Shown here: positions 10,301-21,300 of the stretch, in pieces | Position numbering within the stretch: position 1 is the first letter of the stretch | Layout of the letters: every line of letters starts with the position of its first letter | Source of the DNA: an uncultured archaeon | GTDB taxonomy: Archaea > Altiarchaeota > Altiarchaeia > IMC4 > QMZM01 | DNA length: 64,000 nucleotides | Assembly: GCA_964549685.1 (NCBI GenBank) | Contig: CAZJVE010000004.1 | Coordinates: forward strand, 1-64,000 | Direction: 5' to 3' | Notes under the pieces: generated by a model | Databases searched by the model: none | Told to the model about the DNA's origin: nothing | The model's input: the letters and a program-made list of their open reading frames with translations, nothing else | Made by a program: the position numbers and the translations under genes

Positions 10301-11709
10301 ACTCTACCGTGAAGCAAGCATACTTCAATATCGAGTGGGAAGACGGCGATCTTGATCAGATACTAATCGCACCGAATGGAACAGTCATAGATCCACAAAA
10401 GGCAGAGAGTGATCCCGATATAGATTACGTCGAAGGTTCAACTCTGGAATACTACCTCGTTAGAAACATAGAAGCTGGAGACTGGACATTGAACATAACT
10501 GCAAACGACACATCAGCGACCCAGAACGTCACCGTCTCTACGTCACTTAGCAGCAACATTACCTTGTATGCATCAACCGATAAAAACCTCTACGAGCCAA
10601 ACCAGACCATAAACATAACTGCGAACCTGACTCAGGAGGGCTTAGGCATGAACGACTCTACTGTGAAGGCCACAATCATAAAGCCAGGCTCGTCGGAGAA
10701 CATAAGTATGACTAACGAAGGTAACGGTATTTACAATGCCCTATACAATAACACCTCCACTGAAGGTTCTTACACGATAAAGGTTATCGCTAACGGTACG
10801 GTTGGGGGCACCAACTTCACGAGAGAAACTACTATGGGGGTTACAGTTCAGAGCCTTCCTGATTTTGAGGTTAACGTATCAGACATAATCTTCTCTAATT
10901 CAACGCCAAAAGCAGGAGAGAACATAACCATAAACGCCACTGTCTGGAATGTTGGCGACGCGGAAGCTAATGCCACTATCCTCATCTATGACAACACAAC
11001 CTTGGTAAACGATACCTCTGCCATACTAGAAGCGGGTGGAAACATAACATTCTCGACTCTTTGGGAAGTACCAACATCAGGCAATCATACGATAAAGGTT
11101 GGGGTTGATCCCACCCACCTTGTTACCGAGAGAAATGAAAGCAACAATGACGCAAACAAGTCATTAAACGTAAGTCCTGCGATGAAGTTGAGGATGGTTT
11201 GTTGGACTGACCAGGTAGACTACGAGCAGAACGATAATGTTAATATCAGTTGCGACCTTTACAATTATGATTGGACTAACATTTCTGTGGACTCTGTGCA
11301 AGCAGACATAAACGGAACCGAACTCGACCTGACCCAAGACCAGAACGCATCAAACAGGTATTCTGGACTGTTCACGCAGACAAGCCAAATAGGTATTTAC
11401 GTCATAAATATAACTGCCAGTAAAGCCGCTTATGTGAACTACACAACCATTCTGGCCTTCAAAATCATAGAAGCAACCTCAACAGCCAACTGCTCAGGTA
11501 GTGAACCAATCTTTTCTTTGGATTGGAACATTACCCAGTACACCGTTTGTGAGGATACTGACGTATCATTGGCTCAGAATAAGACAGTTAATTTTTTTAA
11601 TGAAACACTAATACTTAATAGTACAGAAGTTAATTTGAACTCCAGCAGAATGGACTTTGGAAGTGCGGGGGTGCTCACTATGGACAACTCAACAATATGG
11701 TTTTGGTGA
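7372..11709 (+). CDS. Large secreted protein with CARDB/Ig domains and a gluzincin-type metalloprotease domain
   Basis: Signal peptide; two CARDB domains (VDP...V.E..E.NN); HEYYHGIQ followed by WVMEG third-ligand motif. Confidence 0.8.
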   Translation: MKKIIILLGMLALIMGAEAVSYETVGYGKTIPLCDGCSFISGGDYYFMYVDNGGDVIVNKRLGPGSYDLVKMMKNIGHVNNTIRADMWIESGRFHVCIMDNSSGTSRLYYRGYETGVSDVEVANISSEICKIVEGLDGHPHIFVGQTEYRWNGSAWASSSVLNRGIGDIIVNGSHYLALTSYSSAPTYSYGEFESRTSDSGAFTTKISPSSSVGAMSSTVRQIGATIYASGGFCIGGAGYYSTAIYNKSNWINSTYLDIYGGGSNCNLHIEDNALIFVNNSFHLFASYVLSDDINESITPDYNTTFTEATAVSSPYSKYFSADGGAYGYLLYNHNESFSSVVAIRLQAYTYNLSGYVRNVFSSQVIANANVSLNFSSENHSTISDSSGYYFFQELSDMYSYTVSKANYSNSTGTIIVTGTSHDFYLTPLIPDLFINSSYIAVGPEFPLVEQNITINFTVRNVGANATGVVLEVFDNNVSIENLTFGNLSMNESKTMNITRNYSAVGFHEILAVVDPDDAVSEVDETNNNATAWVNVGERYWNCEYRTEHFIINHCSYEYFIFPTGTTVDPTDDNNNNVPDFVEKMGDFFEKVYTYEVTELDYLPAGDSYDNEMYGYHVQLMDIGSDYGFVPPALVKLPGVTGSTIQINSELSFHNLPDADTNADGIIDDTFLLSNAGHEYYHGIQIRYLDILCFSNTLSNNENLWVMEGSPAWMEYKIARKYYPSIVKDESDELVFFYKRIDRFIGNIYETLKQQSDHRKYDAALFWWFLENYKDLDTVKSFWSSLDQTCGIWRQGGDPISAIEDATGEDFNDIFKTFAKANYFRDSWYPDDIQYARNTPFTSINLENNNSREIPVTSGGIDAMGEYGAFYFKITDIPANSNTSIIFESTTPGENYFISIFLAGVEDQGETHNASEGYSKILNSSESEGTVVIVGRLGDDTGDGDYKITFRDISPNNPETNPEIKPNETINDTKTIDSTVKQAYFNIEWEDGDLDQILIAPNGTVIDPQKAESDPDIDYVEGSTLEYYLVRNIEAGDWTLNITANDTSATQNVTVSTSLSSNITLYASTDKNLYEPNQTINITANLTQEGLGMNDSTVKATIIKPGSSENISMTNEGNGIYNALYNNTSTEGSYTIKVIANGTVGGTNFTRETTMGVTVQSLPDFEVNVSDIIFSNSTPKAGENITINATVWNVGDAEANATILIYDNTTLVNDTSAILEAGGNITFSTLWEVPTSGNHTIKVGVDPTHLVTERNESNNDANKSLNVSPAMKLRMVCWTDQVDYEQNDNVNISCDLYNYDWTNISVDSVQADINGTELDLTQDQNASNRYSGLFTQTSQIGIYVINITASKAAYVNYTTILAFKIIEATSTANCSGSEPIFSLDWNITQYTVCEDTDVSLAQNKTVNFFNETLILNSTEVNLNSSRMDFGSAGVLTMDNSTIWFW

Positions 11710-11713
11710 CAAG

Positions 11714-12193
11714 TTGGATAAACGGATCAAAATCGGACTTAGTATAGCTACAATTTCCTTGTTTTTAGTCATACTTTGGCAATTGGGAATACTTGGTTAT
11801 GATCTAAGAACCTGTGACCCAGACCCTAGTGGTTTTGGTGGTTTCGGGTGGAGCGAAATGCTCGTTGATACTGATGGGACGTTTTATATTAAGGTTGTGG
11901 ACCTGCCAGGGCATCCAATGACTTTTACAAACATAACTATCAAATCGCGTAAACCCGGAAATATAGATTATATTGTTGAAACTCCCTCCCTGCCGTTTGT
12001 GGTAACAAATCAAAGGGAATTTTTAATAGCAGGAAGATATGAACCTGTGACAGGTATAAAAGAAGGCGAAAAATGTTGGTTTCATGTTGATATGTTTTTC
12101 ACTAAATCTGTGGCTGGAACTACAATAGAACATAAAGAATCTGCGATTATGTCTGGCAGATTTGGTATCGTAGAGTTACCGGAACCGTGTTGA
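11714..12193 (+). CDS. Pilin-like membrane-anchored protein lacking a class III signal motif
   Basis: TTG start at 11714 after GGTGA; ILWQLGILG hydrophobic segment and C-terminal strand pattern resemble the pilins at 62982 and 63452. Confidence 0.65.
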   Translation: MDKRIKIGLSIATISLFLVILWQLGILGYDLRTCDPDPSGFGGFGWSEMLVDTDGTFYIKVVDLPGHPMTFTNITIKSRKPGNIDYIVETPSLPFVVTNQREFLIAGRYEPVTGIKEGEKCWFHVDMFFTKSVAGTTIEHKESAIMSGRFGIVELPEPC

Positions 12194-12265
12194 AGGGACA
12201 CTTCTTAGCCTTCAGCAATCCAAATTCATACTCTTCCACGAATTCACTATCCCTCAAAGCACAGT

Positions 12266-12285
12266 GAATTCTCGCTGCTCGGTGC
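12266..12285 (+). repeat. 20-bp element GAATTCTCGCTGCTCGGTGC
   Basis: 19/20 identical to 4860-4879. Confidence 0.9.
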
Positions 12286-12300
12286 CATGGATTCGAATGG

Positions 12301-12329
12301 TGTAGTGCCTAACTTCCCCAACTTGTCTG
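12301..12329 (+). repeat. Motif copy TGTAGTGCCTAACTT with extended similarity to 4830-4858
   Basis: tgtagtgcctaacttccccaacttgtctg vs tgtagtgcctaactttcccgaactggctg. Confidence 0.9.
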
Positions 12330-12393
12330 AAAAATCCCGTCAAAACATGCATCATGCACGTTTTTATGTCTTCCATCAGCTATATTTAACAGG

Positions 12394-15300
12394 TTGGTTA
12401 ATACCATTGGTTACCGATGGGTTGTTCTAGTATTAGTATTATTCCTAGCAACAGGATTAGCATCAGCGAAGACGCTGTATGTCAATGCCAGCGGGGGTGC
12501 TGACTTCGCCACCATAGGGAGCGCGATAACTGCCGCCAACAGCAGCGACGAGATTATTGTTTATAATGGGACCTACTACGAAGCCCTGACCCTTAACAAG
12601 CAGATTACGCTGAGAGGAGTAGATAAACCCACTATAGATTCAAACAGCAGTTCGAGTACTATTAAGATTACTTCAGAGGGTTGTGTCGTCGAAGGTTTTC
12701 GGCTGACCGGCAACGGCTCCAATATTGGAATGGAGGTCGGATCCGACAGAAATCTGATTGCGAATAACTCAATCTACGGAAATAATAAGGGAGTATCTAT
12801 TGAAGGACCATTTCTTGGCTGGGTATGGGATAGATTTGAGTGGGACAGGCCGCAAAGCAACGTTGTTATCAATAATAATGTTTCAGACAACCATGATGGA
12901 CTTTATCTCGCTCAGTCCTACAACGGCACTTTCATCAATAATTCCCTAACCAATAACACCTATAACCTCGCGGTTCGTGGAAGTGGTCTATATGACGATT
13001 ACCTATATGACTACAACCAGAGCATAGACACTTCAAATACTGTAAACGGAAAGCCTATCTACTATCTATTCAAACACAGCGACGAGGTAATCGATTCCGC
13101 AACCAACGCGGGCTGCGTCTATGTGATAAACTCTACCAACATAACTGTCAGGGATCTGAATCTAAAAAACAATTATTATGGGATTCTATTTGAGAATGTG
13201 AGGAATTCCAAAGCAGTGAATCTGACTCTTAAGGATAATTACAAGGGAATTTATCTGGATGAATCATCAGAGAGTCTTGCGATAAACAATAATATTTCAA
13301 ACCATATGTGGGGTATAGAGGTCTATGAGTCCTCCAATAATAATCTCATAGGCAACAGAATCGAAAATTCGACCTACTACAGTATAGACCTCAGAACAGA
13401 TTCATTAGGAAATCTTGTACACCATAACAACCTTATAAACAACACCGGAAACGCACGTGATTTGACTGGTAGCAACAAATGGGACAACGGCTCCGCAGGG
13501 AATTACTGGAGCAATTATACAGGGACCGGTTCATACCCCATCCCAAGCAACTCGGAGGATAGGTACCCGCTAACCACAGAATACTCAAGCGACTGCACAC
13601 TCTCATCACTCTCAGTTACAATCCTTGCTCCCTCATCTGACTTTTCTATAACCCAAAAATGTCCAAATTCAATCAAAGCAATGATTCGGGATAACTGTGG
13701 TAATCTGCTGATAGGGGCAAAAGTAGATGCATTAATAGCCAATGAGGACTCAACTCTAACTCTCTACGATGACGGCAGCCATGGCGACGACACAAGCAAG
13801 GACGGAATATATGCTAACAACTGGACCCCCTCCAGCAACGGCTCCTATGTTATCAACGTAACAGCGAGCGGCCTTGCACTGAGCGATGGGGAAGCACAGC
13901 TCAGCGGCCTGGTAAAGAATTTCACAGGAATCATCGTGAATGCCAGCGCCACTGACGATTCTGGAAACTGCCTATGGAATTCAATCACAGAAGGAATAGC
14001 ATCTGCAGATTCCGGAGATGTTGTCTTGGTTTACAATGGAACCTACAATGGAGGCATAACTATCAGCAAGCAGGTGAATCTTACCGGTATTGATTACCCT
14101 CTGATAAATGCTAGCGGAAATGCTGTTGTAATCTCAGCTAATGGTGCTGTAGTGGACGGTTTTAGGATTGCAGGATCGAGCAATGGAGTTTATATACATG
14201 ACCAGAGCAGTAATCTTATCAGGAACAATCTCATTACGAAAGGAGGTATCTATATACTGGGGACGGCGACTTATGTTTATGGTTACTGTGGGAACGCTGC
14301 CCATGATAACCAGATTATAAATAATTCTATCCAAGGAAAGATATTCCTGTACTGTACATATCTTGAAGACATCATAAATAATTCCATTTCCGGTGGATAT
14401 GCTGGCGTAAATGCCCTTGAAGCGTATGGGACCTCTATCATTGATAATGTTATATCCAACAACGGTCATGGTATATTTCTACAAAGTTCACAGTTTGTAG
14501 AGCTCAACAATAATACACTCCTAGATAACAACTATAGTTTGGCTATACTTGGGCGTTCATCATATGACTATACTCATGAGATAAATGCATCAAACACAAT
14601 AAACGGAAAACCAACTCTATACCTGATGAGTAAGGATAACATTACGATAGACTCGGCAAATAATTCCGGTTTTATAGGGGTCATAAATTCCAGCAATATC
14701 ACGATAAGAAACCTGACGATAAGTAGTAGTTATCAGGGAATTCTTCTTGCTTATAGCGAATATTCCGATATTGAGAACGTTACACTTATGGATAACTATT
14801 ATGGGGTTTACCTGGATAACTCATCCAATGGCTCCATTAATAACAATTTCATTGATAACTCCACTTTTGGTATACGTCTTCATGAGTCTGATGGAAACCA
14901 CATCTTCGGCAACGAGGTCAGGAATTCAAGCAGCATATATAACACAAGCATATACCTCTCCAGCTCCTCAGGGAATCTTGTATATCACAACAACCTGATA
15001 AACAATTCTGGCCCGACAGGTTATGACAACTATGGCAGTAATGTCTGGGACACCGGCATTGAGGGGAACTACTGGAGCGATTACGCTGGCAATGATTCTA
15101 ATGGCGATGGGATAGGCGATTGGGCCTATAATATCTCAGGAAGCAGCGTAAAGGACCGCTACCCGTTGATGCAAAAATATAACATGAGCTGCAGAAGGCA
15201 CGGGATTTCAATTACTCTCCTGTCGCCTCCTTCAGTAACCGGGGATAGCAACGTATCCATTATAACAAGAGCCATTGACAATTGCAAGAACCTCGTTGCT

Positions 15301-18300
15301 GGTGCAGCAGCAACTGCAAAGATTGACGGGAATCCGATACCTCCCTTATATGAAGATGTAAATCATACCTATCGAAGAGACATATTCAACATTATCGATG
15401 GCTCTCACAGCCTTTACACCTGTGTCAATGACAGTTCAGGCGTCGGTAATTGCAGCAACACTTCCTTCAGGGTTGACCTGAAAACCCCATCCATCCTGAA
15501 TATCAGCTACGACAAGGGCACGGTTACTCCTTACGAGAATATCAATTTCACCGTTAATGTGAGTGATGTATCAGAGATTGAAAGCATAACTCTGAAAGGT
15601 GTGAATGAGTTCAATTTCACACTGAACGGAAGCATTGGTTATCTCATCATGAACATGTCGTCCCTTGGTTACGTCAATGACGGTAATCACTCACTTCTTG
15701 TTAACGCAACCGACATAGTAGGCAACTTCAACACAAGCAATTTCACGATAAGGATAAGGAACCCGGACCTGGTTGTCGGGAATCTGTCATGGAACCCACA
15801 AAGCCCTGATGACGGAGAAATAGTCAACTTCACAATTAGAATCGACAATCTGGGTGGAATAATAACCTCTGCATTCCTAACGTCCCTGGAAATCAACGGC
15901 TCTCTTGCTGCACTGGAGACAAAATACAATCTTTCCGCCAACTCCTCATTCTCATTCGATGAAAACTGGAGCGCGTTCCCAGGGAACAATACATTAAAGG
16001 TAAAAGCAGATTATGCCACCCAGATTAACGAATCCAACGAGACCAACAACGAACTCCAAAAAATACTGGAAGTGGGTTATCCTGATCTAGAGGTCGTCAA
16101 TATAACCTGTACCTCGGTAAACGTAACCGAAGGCGACCCGGTAAACATTACTGCAAGGATAAAGAATCTCGGCTCAAGCACAAGAAGAGAATTCTACTGC
16201 AAGATTCTGATTGACAATTCAACAATCCTTGAGGAATCCATCAACGGCTTGAATTCCAATATCATAGTGAATCTCTCCAAAGGCTGGAATTCAACCGGTA
16301 TAGGGCAGCACATAATAAAGGCAATAGCGGACAGCGGAAACAACGTCTCAGAGTCCAATGAAAGCAACAGTCTCTCCATCTCAATCCAGATTAATCCAAA
16401 TCCCCTACCGGACGTTCTTGTAAGGGTTATGAATGCCAGCGGCTCTGCACTGGAGGGCGCCTTGGTAGCTCTCATCAATACCACCAACATATTCAGCAAT
16501 CTTACCTCCGAGAATGGAAGCGCATTCTTCAAGGACATACCTGTAGGAAATTACAGGGTCCAAGCCTACAAATCCGGATACTGGCAAAGCTCAACCAGCG
16601 TGGATTTGGAGATGGGAGAAACGGAAGAGGTAAACCTCACCCTGACCTCAAACAGCATAATATTTGGTGTTGTTAATGATGCCCTCACAGGAGACCCAAT
16701 CCCAAATGCAAACATAACACTCTCCAATATCCTGGAGTATTCCACACTGACTAATTCAACCGGGGGTTATTCTCTTTCGGATGTAAAACCCTCTGATTAC
16801 CAGATTAAGGCATGGGCCAGAAACTATGAAAGCAATACAACAGAGGTAACAGCGTCCGCTGCCGGAGTAATCCAACTTGATTTCTCCCTGATACCCTTCG
16901 GAGAGATTCATGGCGAGATTCTCAATTCCACAGGCAAGGTTTCAAACACAACGGTAATCCTCTATCGTGGAGACTCCTTCTCCTACTTCGTGAATAAATC
17001 CACCGGCGACTTTTCATTCTTCAACATAAGCTCGGGCAATTACAGCTTGGAGTTCTCATCCACTGGATATAGGACAGATACGGTCGGAATAGAACTAACC
17101 CCTGGCCAGAACCTCTCAAGGAACATCACGCTGAAAAGGAAGCCCTTCCTGAAGGGAACCGTAAAGGACAATCTAGACCAGACAGTAAGCAATGCCACAA
17201 TTCTCATATCAAACGAAAACGCAGTCATAAGTTCCGGCAAGAGCGACGAGAACGGAAGCTATAGCATAATGCTCCCCCTCTCGGGCACCTTCACGGTAAG
17301 AGCATCAGCCCAGAACCACTACTCCAGCACGAACACAACGACCGTTGATTATGACGGAGAGAAAAGCCTAAACCTGACACTAAGAAAGCACGGCATTGTA
17401 ACCGGCTACGTTCTTGACTCCGTCTCCGATTTGAGAATAGAGAATGCAAACATCTACCTCGACGGCTCATTAAAGGTTACAGGAAACAACTACTCCATCA
17501 GCGCAGAGGAAGGGATTCATCTACTGTCGGCATCCGCCCCCGGCCATGTTTCGAATTATTCCTGGGTAAATTTCACCTCAGGAGAAAACATAAGCCTTAA
17601 CCTGTCCCTAAGTCCGGCAGGCAACCTCTCAGGCAATGTAACGAACTGGGATGGAGACCCGGTTGCAAACGCTTCGCTGACACTTGCAATGAATGGCCAG
17701 ATAAAATCAATTGCAACAACAAATGCAAACGGGACATACAAATTCACAGGTATAATATATGGGAATTACACCTTGGAGGCATCTGCCTACGGCCACACCC
17801 CGGAATTAGCAAATCCGAGGGTATTTCCCCACCAGGAAGCCAAGCAGAACTTCTCGCTCAGGATGGCAGGAATTTATCCACATATAGACATCCCATACCG
17901 AATCTATTCCATAGGCGAAACGATAACATTCAATATCACTGCTACAGACCCATGGGATAATGTCACTAACATAACTGACATTTCCATCTCTCTGAAGAAA
18001 GGGAACCAGAGTGTCCCAATCCCGGCAGTAAGAATAGACAAGGGCTTTACAGCCAACTACACCATCCCCTCCAACGCAACCCTGGGCCAGTGGGTTCTGG
18101 CAATAAATATAACTGCCCTTGCCAACCTGACCCAGGAACTGGAAATCTTCCAGTTTTTCAGCCCGTTCTTCATCCAGCTGAGAAGCAACAGCAGCTACCT
18201 ACAGAACAGCACCGCAATAATCCAGTCCAAGGTCTCCAGGTACAGCAACCTGAGCAGATTCCTAAACGACAGCGAGATAGACATAACTCTAACTGTCCTG

Positions 18301-21300
18301 AACCAGAGCAATCACACCGTTCTATTCAGAGCGCTGTCCTTCAACGAAACCCTGATTACATCAGACTTTATTCTGGATAATTTCAGTATCGGGAATTACA
18401 CAGTTTACATCGCAGTAACGGACAATGAAGGAAACGTAATGAACGCCAGCAAGACGTTCATGGTAATACAGAATTTCTCCATAACTGTAGATACTGGTAG
18501 GGAAATCTACAACCGGAGCGAAACTGTCACAATCTTCGGAAACGCTAACCTTTCCAATGGAACGCCAATGGTCAATGCATCGGTCCAGCTTATCATCATC
18601 CACAACAAGGGCTTCAGGAGAACGGTATACTCTAAAACCTTAAGCAATGGCTCATTCAACTACAACTTCACTCCCTTCTCAGCTGAGGCAGGAGTCTACC
18701 AGGTTGTGGCATCCATCTATTCGGCAACCATAAAAAAGCAGGCAGACGCAAACTTCACTATCCTCGGTCTTCTTGCACCTTCAGCCAACGTCGAGATGTC
18801 CAAGAATTCCGTCCATGACCTATCACTCCCAATCAAGAACGTAGGCAACATCTCTCTCTCCGGGATAAACATCACTATCCTGAATTCCTCCCTGGAAGGA
18901 ACGGCTCTAAGCATCCTGAACCAATCCGCTACGACAATACTCCCTGAGAAGGAGATTACAATGGGTTTAAAGATAAATTCCACACTGTACGCGAATTCCA
19001 CGACCTTCACCTTCAGAATAAGCAGCACCGAAGGAGCCGTGGACTACGGAAGAATCCACCTCAACCTGTACTCAGCAACCCCTGCAGCAAAAGTAGACCC
19101 GTCCGTTCTGGAGGTGGGCCTGAACCCCGGGAATTTCACAACCTATGAGATAAATCTGAGCAACATCGGCCACGCAACAATGAAGGATGTCCGTATCACA
19201 GATGCCAATAACTCTTGGATACTCGCATCACCAAGCAGTCTCGGCGATATCGAGTCCAAGAAGAGCAAAACGTTCGACATCAGAATCCATGCGCCCCAGA
19301 CACAGGGAATCTACGAGGATGAGATAAAGATACTGAGCAGCAACCACGAGCCGATTACAATCTATATGGCGATAACCGTTACCACCGCAAGAAACGGAAG
19401 TCTCTCAGCCCATGTCATGACCGAATGGGGCGAGGACATTTCAGGAGCATACCTCAGGCTGCAGAACCAGAAAGTTCCAACCCTGATAGAATCCTGCCTG
19501 ACAAACTCCAGCGGAAACTGTTTATTCTCAGGGATTCCCGCAGGCAAATATTCATATCTTGCAAGTAAGGACGGTTACTACAGCACTTATGGGACCGTGG
19601 AGATAGAACCTGGAAGGAGTAAGGCGCTGGACATCACTCTCTCAGCCAAGATGATGGAAGTCACCCTCTCCATGACTCCCGTGAAAATAGGGGACCGATA
19701 CTACATATACCTGAATATCACATATGACACGGAGATAGCACCACCTTATATCCTCCCCATCCCTGCGATTATGGACCACTACGTCGACAGAAACGATGTA
19801 CTTACCGAAGGATTGCAGCTGAATAAATCCTTCACCATATACAACCCAGGGCTGGTCTCAATTCACAATATAAGTCTAATGACAGAGCTCAATTCTTCAG
19901 GCTATTCCCTAACCTTCCCTCAGGGCACGATAGAGAAGATTGAAGCAGAGGGGTCAGAGTCAATCCCCTATACTCTCACCATAGAGAAAGGCACCAGAGT
20001 ATCAAACCTGACCAATAATTTTGCAGGCAAGATAAAAATCAACGGAAGTTTCATCCACTTCAAGGAGAATACGGACATAACTCTAAGAGGAAAAACAAGT
20101 GCTGAGGTCCATGTAAAGGTCTACGAAGCCGGCATCAGAGAACTTCTCGTCGAGCCCGACCCAGTATCAATCATAACAAACGAGAACTACAGCTTTTTTT
20201 CTGTAGAACCGAAAGGCCCGGAAGAAAACTTCATGCCCCCCATCAGCATAAAGAACGCCGGCAGTGGGGAGTGGGTATACGTCCTCAGCAAGGGCATCGG
20301 CGGAGCGGTGAAGTATGACCCTGCGGTTGCTATATTGGATGTTCTTGGAATTGGAGAGTTTATTAGAAGACTAATGCCTGGCGACAACTATGCCTTCTAC
20401 TTTCTGGATGCAACTATAACAGAAGAAAATCAGAGTGCTCCAGTATCTATCAGCAGCACGGTGCAGGACCTAAATCTCAAGGACAGCTCTGTACTCAGCC
20501 AGATTGCAGCCAGCTATTACACTAAGTTGCTGGATGACCCATGGGTGACTCTAACACAGGATGAAACCGCTACAATGGAGACTGAAATTTGGGAACTCGA
20601 TATTCCTGGCGAAGACGACATCTCCGACGTAATCTCCTTCAACCTCCCCGGGGTAGACCTGACACAGGGAATAATCACCTTTGCCTATCAATGGCGCTTC
20701 GATGAAAATCCAAGTCTGCATTCAATACCCCTAAACATAATCAACCTGAGATTTCCAGTCATCCAACTACCGGTTTCGTCAGGGACGACCAACACCACTA
20801 CTGAAGAGGAAACAAACCAGACCACATGGTATGTCTCCTACCAGAATATAAGTAATCATACATACACTCCGCCGGAAGTAGACGAATCCCCAGAAAAACC
20901 AGAACTCGATGGAATTAAACCCCATCCAGTAGAAAACATACACGAAAGAGTCAAGCTCTCCATCTCCCAGGAAGCAACATTAGAAATGGACGCATTTGAC
21001 GCCAAGCTGGACATGGAAAACAAGCTGGCTGACAAAACAATAACTAATGTAGTTTCAGAACTCAAGGTATTCGACGGCGGCGGACAGGAGAAGACCACAA
21101 ACTTCCACATTACGGAAGCCGAACTAAGTAACATAGATGATATCAATGGCTCCGGTTCGATAACCCAGGGAAGCACAGCAACCGTGCACTGGACCCTGAT
21201 ACCAAAATCTGATGCCGGTGGTATAAGTGAGGACGGCACAACCTATCTGGTTCAGGCCTTTATTACCTACAAGGTGGAAGGCACTCCATTTGGCATAAAT

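Noticed and set aside
12262-12290. tRNA 3'-end fragment (att site), because of GAATTCTCG...GGTGCCA
   Set aside because: No TTCRAAT T-loop at the right spacing and no match to the tRNA-Cys in this window
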